A DNA stretch of 64,000 nt, taken from contig OZ281501.1 of NCBI GenBank assembly GCA_965637545.1, forward strand, positions 930,001 to 994,000, in the 5' to 3' direction. The notes under the pieces were generated by a model, which ran no database searches, had not been told where the DNA came from, and saw only the letters and a list, made by a program, of their open reading frames with translations. The first letter of the stretch is position 1. Each line of letters opens with the position of its first letter. Source of the stretch: Phallusia mammillata (taxonomy: Eukaryota). The position numbers and the translations under genes are program-made. Of this stretch, positions 40,448 to 51,100 are shown piece after piece.

Positions 40448-43400
40448 CTTTTTGCTCTCGGATATAGAAAATCCAGTTTCTCCAAGTTTCAGATTATACA
40501 CAGACGTGCTTGATGTTGCTGAGCCACCTAAATATAAACAAAAACTTTAAAACCTCGCTGCAAAAGGGCATTTGATTTTGTAGACATGAAAACAGAATCA
40601 TTTTTATCGCATTTGTAAAGTTCCAACCTCTCTACCACAACTAGTGGATGCACTCTGCATCTGGGTTTTGCCGCTAGGTGATGCATACGAAATGATTTTT
40701 CGTGGTCGCTACCTGCATCACTGTGCAAAACTTGGCCGAATGGTCTGGCGCGCCTGACCCATATACAGACATAAAAAACCTGATCGGGATTCGTCCCCGG
40801 GAGTGTCCTGGGTTCGAACCCCGTGAAAAAACAATATTGTGCAAAATATCCCAGTAATTCACCAGTATCAAAAGCGCAGACCAAAACCACATTTAGTTTC
40901 TAGCGATTGTAACGTTATGTTACTAAACCGTACAATTTGAAGGAACTGATCATTCAACTGATCAACGACTGATCGGGACACTTCACCTGATAACCCATGT
41001 ATTTTCATTGTCCTTGTTGTTTACTCATTCAATAATGGAACTGTGATACTGAAGTGACTATGTCAATAACATTTGACTTGACTTGGCTTGATCATTTGAG
41101 ATCCAGACGAAGCTCATCTTTACTACTACCTATGCAACCCATACAAATTTACCAACATTGTTCAGCAGATTACGAAGACCGTTCACTGTACCTTGACCCT
41201 GCACTCGTATGCCCATGACGAAATAGTTTAATAAACAAGACATGCCCTGAGGGTTGCACCGACCAAGAACACCTGTGGCCTAATTACGATGCCACGAAAA
41301 GCGCCGTTACACCCGTGGCAGTTGGGCACGGTGTTTGTAGCAGCAAATGTCTCAGGAGTAACAAGTAACAGATTTCGAAAACAGTTACAGAATTAGCAAC
41401 ACAGTTTTCAGCACAGAAAAGGCCGTTACTGTTTGTGCGGTTTAGGCTTTTATATTCTGCTAATATATTCCATGTAAAATTATTTGACTGATTTTGTTTC
41501 GACTGACTTGGAAATTTTTTTATACTTAGTTATTTATTGTCATACACAGTGCTTGTTAATGACCATGCTGTCTGTTGGAGGGTCTGAAACTGATCAGTTT
41601 TATCACTCTTAAATTAATTAACAACAAGTTTAAAATCTTTTTACCTTCCAGTGCGACTTTAAAGATTTCCCCGCGAAGTTCGGTGACGATTGCCTGAAGT
41701 TGACCGAAATCAGAAACATTGTAAACTCTTGAAGTGCTGTTGCCTCCGTTTGCGATTACCTGAAGGTTTAAGAGGAGTTTAATTTGACAATAATTTGTTC
41801 ACTGATATAGGGTCAACTCAAGGTAAAGAGATTGTGTGTTTTGTTTACAACACAACTTTCGATAACTTGCTCTTTTCAGAATTTATATGAAAGACCGGAA
41901 GCAGGGTGACAATGAAATGTAGAAAATTAGCAACTCCCCACTAAGTCAATTACTGGAGTTGGAACATGCTACTTTTTACTTCCTGTTCTGTTTTGCATTA
42001 ATATGGAGTTGCAAACAGTGCCATTTCTCTAGCAGATTCTTCAATTGCTTGGTTCGAAGTCACAAACAACCATTAGTATTTACCATGTCCGCTTAAACTC
42101 GCCTTTTTACTGTTTCTATTGCTTTTTGGTTTTTATATTCATTTATTTAAGAATGAAACGAGTTGCTTTCGAAACGTCATGTTTCACACTAATGTACTGG
42201 CTTGTTTTATTTCTGGTTAGAATTTTCAAAACCGTGAGTTGTGTACCTAAATACTTTTGTAATTAAACTTGTAATTTAAGCCTTTTTAAGCAGTTGGGCA
42301 GTTAAACTACACCTTTAATTCATTTTGGTCAATATCTTGTCCAACACCAACAGCAAATGTAGTGATTCCCATTGAGCGGACATAATCAGCTGATGATTGA
42401 ATTAGGTGGTTGTCAGTTGATCTGAAACAAGACTCAAATATAAATTTCTTGATTGCGAAGATATTGTTTCGTGCAGTAGCGTGGAAAATGTATCGGACAA
42501 AGTTGTACTAATTCATGGCAATATATATTTACAACAAGCCCTTTCGATCTTTTACAAACTAAATTAAATACGATTCCCCGAATATACGATATTGATGCAA
42601 GGTTATTTTGAATATCTTTACAGTTATGACATTTACCTTGACATGTAATATCCCTTTACCAACATTTTCGTGCATGCATTGCAGTTTAGTTATTTATGTT
42701 GGATTAAAACGTTAATACTTTGTGGAATTTTCAGTAAAACCGTATGCGGAAGTAGCGGATATTCTTATTGCAGATGGTCCAGTGCTATACGTGGTGTGAT
42801 AATGAATGCGACTGGAGACGATATAAGATGAATAAGTGCCAATGACAGACCGTTTATTATTTGTACTTAATACAATAGGAGATAAACACATGACGGTTTG
42901 GGAACTGTTGGCTTACCTTCCGTCGGTGAGTAATATCATGATTTGGGATGTGCCCGATTTTCCGTATCTCCAAGAGCCTTTGAAATCTTCTACCGTCTTG
43001 TTTAAGGCGTGGGCGGTAAAGGTTTGGGATCCAAGTAGGTCGATTTGAGATACTTTGTTCTGCAACGCAATTTGTATGAAATATTTCGGTTCAGTCATTA
43101 TGTACTAGCTAACACTTTGACTTTTTTACTGAATATACAAATGTTACAAAACAAGCGGAAGATTTATGACTGATTGATAAAACAATTTTAAAATGTAAAC
43201 AAATTTGCAATAAGACTATTCACTTGTACGCCGTTAGAAGTTCCTGTGTTGCATGTTCACTATATGGGGGAAAGATATGTTGCAAAGATTCGCGTTTTTA
43301 TAAACTTAAGGCGTTACGCTACAATAAAGTTTTTCTCTCGTTTGTCTTCTGGTCGCTTTAGCAGATGTACGTTCATATATGATAAAACCCAGGCCATGTT

Positions 43401-46400
43401 AAATATTTACAAAAACCGTTACTGATAAACTGTGACAAATTCAACTTGCTACTTGTGGTAAGTTACTTCCGTGTATTCTATTTTCTGTATACTCCAAACC
43501 TTCTTACGTTATAAATGATTAAACATCCGGTTTCGGAGATTTATCACTTGTTCGATTATTGCCCTGAAACTGACTCGGTTTCGACTTATTCACACTTACA
43601 TTGAAACAAGCACGAGTTTTGCATTCACCAAGAACCACTTCAGTCGAAATTTGACTTTTCTTCTTGCTGTAAACCAAAAATAGCGATTGAAAACCCGATT
43701 TTCACTCATTGTTAATATTATGTGAAAGCAAAAACTCTTAAACAAAACACGCTCACCAACCAAACTATAACGCAAACTTTACATGAAGTGCATGTCGTGT
43801 TGAGATGGAGTATGTGATTCGTTTTTATTGGAGTGTAATGGTTAATGCAACATGTTTGAACCGTTTCAAACCATGACGATTAGTAAAAAGAAACCATTTA
43901 TATTTATAAAAAGAAAGCATTTATGTTTATGTTTACCAAAACAACTTTACAAATACCATGAGGGAGAAGAGAATAAAAACGAATTTCAATTCTAGTGATA
44001 CTTATTCACCCAACAAACAACTATCATAAATTTTTGATTTAATGTGTTTTGCCACTAATATGTTTTATAAACATCACAATATAAAAATTTAAACACCTGT
44101 GGTAGGAATATTGAACGACTCCGATTTGATCATAACCGCTTTCAATGTCGAAGAACGAAGCCATGTCCATGGTCCAGTTTTTAACCACCACGAAATCGTC
44201 ACCAATTGAACCCGACCCGTCCAGAACAAACATGATGTCCAAATTATTGGAACAACCTGTGAAAAAGTTTGTTATATTTTTATCATCGATAGGCGAACAA
44301 CCTTGAATGCGTTAAGGGTCCGCCTTTTGAGCTGCCTGTTTTATTGTTAGTCTGTTGGTTGGATTTTTTGTTTGATTTTTTGGGACTTCGGTGACTTTAG
44401 TTTAGTTTGAACAATTGGAACCACTGGGTTGGAGAAATGCTGTTTAAGTTTCCCGTTCAAGAAAACACAAGCGCCTGAAACAAGAAATAAAATCCACAAA
44501 CTCGCAAACCCAAGATAGTTGCGCTAATAACGCAAATAAATTTCCCACAATCTGTGACAAAAACCTTGTTTACGTAGTGGGGAAACTGGAAGTGATGGAT
44601 TGACGTCACCATCGTGACGAGTTTCTTTATTTTTGCTCTCGCTTGATTTCTCTTTTAGTGATAGATAGAAGGAAGTAAAAACCTTCCTACCTGTTAAGCT
44701 ACTTTGTGGGTCTGCTGTCCAACTTCTGCCACTGTCAGTGCTGCGATAACAAAATCCTTGATTGTGGTTTGCATTCTTGCATTCCTGTGTACGTGTTGCG
44801 GAGCACGCCTGCAAAGTCATCCATAACTTTCACTATTCATGAATAAAGTTTTTTCAAGATACAATCTGGGTTCACCTATATACGGGTCTGGAGTGGAGCC
44901 TTCGACATTTTTGGCCTACAAGTGGTTAATTCTTCAGCCTTTATTCTACATATTTGTCAACATTTTGTAAAGTCACTCGTTTGGAAATGAAAACCGTCAT
45001 TGTAAGTTAGTATTCCAAACTTTTGACACAAAACTTTAGGTATTTGTTGAATTAATCACAGTAAAAAGGTTTTTAGCAACTACTAGTTCAGAATCATAAG
45101 AATTTACAACTATTTTTATTTGTATTCAGAAGGCGAATTATACTTGTGGCCTGACTTCCTTAATTAATTGCTCTATTATTATAAATACGATTGCGACTAT
45201 CAAGCGATGGTAATTTAAATATTTAAACTTTTTTAATTATCCCAGCCAAGAATCTTGAGTGTGTTCGGTTTCCGTTCTAATGGAATAATTAAATTTGACC
45301 AAGAAGATTACGTTTTCTATAAATAAGCGTTAAGGGCTTCCAGATTTTACCAGAAAGTAGGTTTAATAATTGTAACTGTCGAAAGCAAAGCAAACACAAT
45401 TTGCCAACGCTTGATAACATTTGTCAAGTTGCGGTATTAGTAGGCTGTGTTTTAAAATTGACTGTATTTGTTTCACTGCAATGAAGTGGTCCATGGGTTT
45501 ATTTCATTGGAGCTAGTGGCCCATGGCTTAAAACGGGTTGGGAACCACTGCCTTAGGCGACCCCAGACAAATTGTCAGGCAACCCCAGTTGAGGTGGCGA
45601 CCTTCAGGTTGGGAACCGCTGGTATAGAACATGAAGCTTCAGCAGCGAAATGGATCATTCTCACATTCTTTGGAAAATGACACATTTCGCTGTCATAACG
45701 TCATGTCCTAAGTATATTGGGTTGTTTGTTTCTCGTGTGAAACATTTTCGTATAGTATTAGGCAAAATGCATTTCTTGCAAGATGCAGTGCAATTGCCTA
45801 TTTGAATACTATGGAACGGCCAGTGCATTCATCAATAATAATGAATATGGAATAGGAATACCTACACTATACAATAGGATTTAAATACTCACTGTCATAT
45901 ATTCGGAGTATGAGAGACTAAGACCAAACGAATCCCCAGGTTTGGCTTGTGGAGGAGTAACATCCGTACACGATGACTTGTTTGTGTTAAGCAAACTTGC
46001 ATAGTCGCATATAGAGATCCTCCCTGTATAAAACATACTTTTACTGCCCGAAACTTTGTTTCTAACGATTTCAACGTAATCATATGATGGCGTTGTAAAT
46101 ATGAATTGGAATGAAAATTTGGATAAAAACACTGGATTTTAAGGTTTTTTGTAAGTTATCATTCCATTTGAATAAAAAACTGAATATGCATTTTAGGTAA
46201 AATATATTCAACGTAAACAAAACGTTGACGGCTTAATATAGAAGTACAGTGCTCAGTCTGTGCATTGCATCAACTGATTTGTCCATCCCATACACTGAGT
46301 TTCTTTGGACCTGTGATTTTTGCATTATACTGCAAACGGTAAATCAATATATTTACTTGCTAAACTTTAAATTACATTGACAGGGTGTTTAACAGGGCAC

Positions 46401-47338
46401 AAATATTGCTATTTAGTTTCTACGATGAAAGACGAAGTTTTAAAATGTCCTTAAAAGTTAAACTTCCTGATTAACAATTCGAAAGCTGCACGGGTTTGGA
46501 CATGATGTCACATGTTATGCATCATTATAATATTGTTAAGAGCGCCTTGCGTGTCACCAAAGCCAGGATGTAATTGATTGCATTATGGGCTAGTAATACT
46601 ACGAAACAAGTAATAACTTCCGCATACCCGTCGCTCTTTGAACATCTCCGTCATCAGTAGAATTTCCATCACCTGACGCCTTTGGTTGTCCAATGACCAA
46701 TCTGTATATCGGCAAACCTTGTTTAATAGGCCGCATTCATATGGAATTGTGTTGATTGGTGTGATTCGTATCACTTTGTACTAAGAAGCTTGTGTTTGAA
46801 AGTCGTACATTGGGTAAATACAGTAAGGCCTTATCGGTTGACATGTTTTCATACAGTATTACAAAAGACTCTTGACTGTGGCGGTTTATGTTAAACTCTT
46901 CATTCGTCAATGCGTTGATGCCAGTCTTTTAATATCTGTTTCTGCTTCATAAGAGAGATTATGTTTTGCACAGTATGTTATTATTCTGATACAGGCCTCT
47001 CGTATGGGACGTCGAAACGCCGGTTAATTTGTACCAAAACTTTCGCGTTTATTTGTGAGTGTTCGGTTTGAAGTTTAATCACTGTACACGAAAACAGAAG
47101 AGTCGTTGATTCTTTACTTATGGAAGCAAACTAACAACAACTTTTGCCCACAGAAAACTTTAACTTACTTGTCAGTCCCAAATGAGATCTGCTGGCCATA
47201 AAACGTCGATGAAGAGTTCGGAGATACTTTGCTTGTAAGATACGTTAAGGCCCCGGGATCCAGAGCAAGAAATCCCCAACTAACTTGAACTGACAGCATT
47301 CCGATAATGCAGAACCCGAATAAACTTAACTTGTACAT
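40448..47338 (-). CDS. Integrin alpha head cassette E (no own C-terminal region)
   Basis: Exons 47169-47338 (MYKLSLFGFCIIGMLSVQVSWG; missed by the ORF track), 46628-46701 (LVIGQP), 45893-46023 (GDSFGLSL), 44691-44808, 44097-44256 (DIMFVLDGSGS), 43600-43666, 42917-43059 (LLTDG), 42313-42421, 41645-41759 (..VALEG), 40448-40527 (KLGETGFSISESKK, AAG|GTACGT phase 0). Confidence 0.9.
45515..45622. mobile_element. hAT MITE end fragments
   Basis: Two right-end-like termini GGTTGGGAACCACTG and GGTTGGGAACCGCTG about 70 bp apart; related left-end-like CAGTGGTTCCCAACC at about 2184 and GGGGTCGGCAACC at about 28596. Confidence 0.55.
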
Positions 47339-47739
47339 GTCTATCTCTCTGTGCGTGTGTGTCTTTTCTTTACTTTACGAATAAAACACCGCAAAATTAT
47401 CATGTGTTTAACAGAAACCAACTGTCAAGTTGTTATTATGCCTGGCAGCAATTTAACAGACACATATAAAACACTTAAGTCTAAAAATGTTAAAATTTTT
47501 CTACTTATTTAGTGGATGTAGTGATACCACGCATGTTTCTTCTATAAACTGCAGCAGCGAACTTCGTAAAAAGTTTCTAGAAATCTGACGTTCTGGCTCT
47601 TGAGCTTTGATCTTACGCTAAAAACCCAAAGTGCCTTTTTCATTACTTTCTCGCCTGATAGCGGAAGAGCTGGCTAATAAACACCAGCTGATTGGTTGCG
47701 CGCGAAACTGTACGTGCAAATTTCCGCGAATGACACACA

Positions 47740-48130
47740 TCAATGTCCAAAGCATTTTTGCAAGAACGAACATATTCACACACGCTTTTTTAACACAAAC
47801 ACACTTGTCTCACTGTTACACATTTGTAGACGTGAACACGGTTGTCAAACATACACACTTGTCCACATGGGCAAACATACACACTTGTCCACATTTGTAT
47901 GCGCGTACATTTCTCGTACCCACAAACACATTTGTACACGCTAACAAACTGTGCAAGTTGACATGGTGGTCAAACACACGATCTTGTACCCACAAACACA
48001 TTTGTACACATTTACAGGTTTGTACACGTAAACATACTGGTCATAATACACACTTATGCACATAAGCGTCTACGCAAACACATTTGTACACACGGAGTCT
48101 AAGTCATACATGCACATACAACGCATCAAA
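47740..48130. repeat. Degenerate CA-rich minisatellite (ACACAYTTGT-like units) between cassette F last exon and cassette E
   Basis: Repeated ACACACTTGT/ACACATTTGT/CACAAACACATTTG motifs over about 400 bp. Confidence 0.7.
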
Positions 48131-48178
48131 TACAGCCCTTTTTAGCAGACAGACGAAAACAAGCACACAAAAACTTAC

Positions 48179-51100
48179 TTTTGCTGAATTCGTCGCGAAT
48201 CCCATTTCACCCAGTTGCAAATCAAACGACGAAGTCTTAGTGTTGGCGCCACCTAATGCAATTCGTTGTGTGAAAACAAACAAATGTTTACTGAGACTTT
48301 ATACCTTACCTTCCAATGTGACCGTCAGAATGGCCGCCTTAAGTTGTCCAACAATCTTCGCAAGATCGGTGAATTCCGACACAGTGAAGACGTTTTTCTT
48401 TGAGTCTTGGTTCCCAGTAGCAATCGTCTGTTAAATAAAAAGTTAAGCGTTACATATAACTGATTCGATTTGTTCAATAGATATGTCTAGTTGTGTATCT
48501 TCTTTTCAGTATTTATGCAACCGGCTGCAACCGAGATAGTTGTTGGTTGCATTCCAACGGCAGAACACACCCAGTATACTTCAAGCATCACTCAAATAAG
48601 TAGAACACATGTCCTAAGGTGTTTTACGAAACCGGTTAACAAGGTACATTTTCTAAAGTGACAATGAAAATAGAACTTTAACTTCGCTTAAACTTGACTT
48701 AACACAGTGCATGGATTAATATGTTTTTGTTGGATTTAAACCCGGGACGTTCCGAAGAAGAAATTCGATCATGTTTGCTTGTGGCCTTAGAACATTTTTT
48801 CTACACATACAAAATACTCGAGAAGAACTTAACCAATTTTTAAAATAATGTACAAACAGTTAGCACTACTAATTAGCTTGGTTAATAACTTAAAGACAGC
48901 GTCATCTAGCGGTTATTCTTACCCTCAGCTCTGTTTCGTTGTAATTTCCAACTCCAATCGCAAATGTGGTAATTCCCCTTGATCTGACGTAATCAGCAGT
49001 TTGTGGCAGGAATTCACCGTCCGAAGAACTAACGATAGAGTTACGAACTTTTTAATTACAAATGGTAAAATAGAAAAATGTAACAGACGATAATTGAGAA
49101 ACCACTATTCTACTTTTGATCTTGAGTTGAAGTGGGTTTAATTCGCCGGGCAAAATCGTAGCAGCACAATTGCGCTAAAATATTCACCAAGCCGGAAATA
49201 GCTGCGCAACGTTCAGACGTTAAAAAGCGCGACAAATTTGAGTGTACAATCGGTGGAGGGATGGTAGGCGCGCTGCAGCAACACCGTCACTGCAAGCTTG
49301 TTGTTATACTTCCAGGAATATTAATCTAACAAGCAAAAGATTGGATAATTGTAGTGTTGGCTTAGTTACAAGTTTTACTGCAATATACAGTAAACTTGAG
49401 TTAAACTGACATGTGCAGCATGCGAGGCAGGCAACGGTGCTTGTGATTCGAATTGCGCTTGGCTCAGCACTGAATTTGTGTAACTCAGTTGGTAGAGCGC
49501 GAGTTCCGGGAAGGCTCGTGGGTTCGAATCCTACCGCAGGCAAAATGTTTTTCTAGCCTACTACGCCTTGCCGTAAGGGAATGCTTGGTGACTGGCTGAT
49601 TCGGTATGACTCCTTTAATTGGCCTGGTGAACTGTAATTTTTTGAACATGTTGCTAATTAATCCAAAACTTACCGTCCGTCGGTGAGTAGAATCATGACT
49701 TTGGTCGTGGTACTAAGTTTGAACCTGTTTGACGATTCGAAATCTATCACGGTCTTGTTTAGCGCATGCGCAGTGTATGTCGTGTAGTTAAACTGATTGA
49801 TCCCATCCACTTTGTTCTGCATACACAAATCACGTTTCAAATTCGGGAAATAACCAAATACTTCGCCCGAAAACACGTTCTGTTGTGTCTGAGACTTTCT
49901 TTAAACGCCAAGAAATCCTTATTCGGTAACGGATTGCCGCTGCACTGAACGGGTTATATTTTTGTTGTGTAGAAATTCATCTATAGTTCAAAAAGTTCGC
50001 TCGTAAAAAATGTACGTAATCCAAACGGTAAAATGTATGAAAAAGGGCGAAACATGTTTGAGCAATGTAAAGACTTTACCAGGCTAACCCACATGAGAAA
50101 CCATATGCTTTGGTTTTATGTTTACTTAATGTTTCGTCTCGCAACTTTTGCCATCTTAAAAAAAATGAAAGGAAGGAAGTTGTTGAAAAATCATGAGAGC
50201 ATGCATTTTAAAATATCGTTATGGGCTGATCTGATTATTACAAAATAAATGAAAAGAATGTAATGCGATTTTTTAAGAAGGGAAAATAATTTCAAATTCA
50301 TGGTTTGACGTATGAAATTGTTAATCCCTCGAATGAAAAACAATTTTCTTACATCAAAGCAAACTCGTGTCCGACAAGATCCAAGCACAACTTCAGTTTT
50401 GATGTATTTCTGTACTTGTCTAAAAAACAAAACAAACATATTATGTGAAAATTAAGGAAATGTTTGATACCATAGCTTGGAGGTGGATTTCAACCGGAAT
50501 AAAATTTATTCTCAAAGAATAAATTCCACATTTTAAAGTTTAGAGCTTCCTAGCTGGATAGATGTGTTCAAGAAGCTTGAGAACTATTTTTATTTGAATT
50601 TGCTAAAGAGTAAACTAACTAAGGACAAAAAAAACTAAAAAACAACTGCCCTAACTGTATTAACAATCTATGTACCTGTTTTCAAAGTAATGTGAATATT
50701 GAACCACTCCAATTCTTGCAAATCCAGATTCCGTACTGAAGTATGAAGCCATCGATTTCGTCCACCGCTTTACAAGGGTAAAGTTTGCTCGTGTAATCGA
50801 ACCCGAACCGTCTAACACGAACATGAGATCCAAATTCCGTTCGCAAATTGAATCTGTGGAAACGTTATTACTATATTTATTATTGGTTATGGTGTTGAAA
50901 TTAACGTCCTGTTTCTGCTACAAAGCATGTATGACTTTTTCGTAACTGTTTGGCATCCTGCTATGGATGGGCGTCTAACTTCATATTAAAACTTTTATTT
51001 AACGCATACATTAGTATACAATTTGGAAAATAAATTGCAAGAACATAAGTAAAACAGTTGCGAGTAAAACAGATGTACAGAACTAAAATGGGCCGAGAAT

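Noticed and set aside
47631-48065. 144-aa His/Thr-rich ORF
   Set aside because: Translation of the CA-rich degenerate repeat.
49477-49545. Functional tRNA gene
   Set aside because: A and B boxes are present, but the anticodon arm and acceptor stem do not form, and the downstream body is shared with two other dispersed copies, which fits a SINE.
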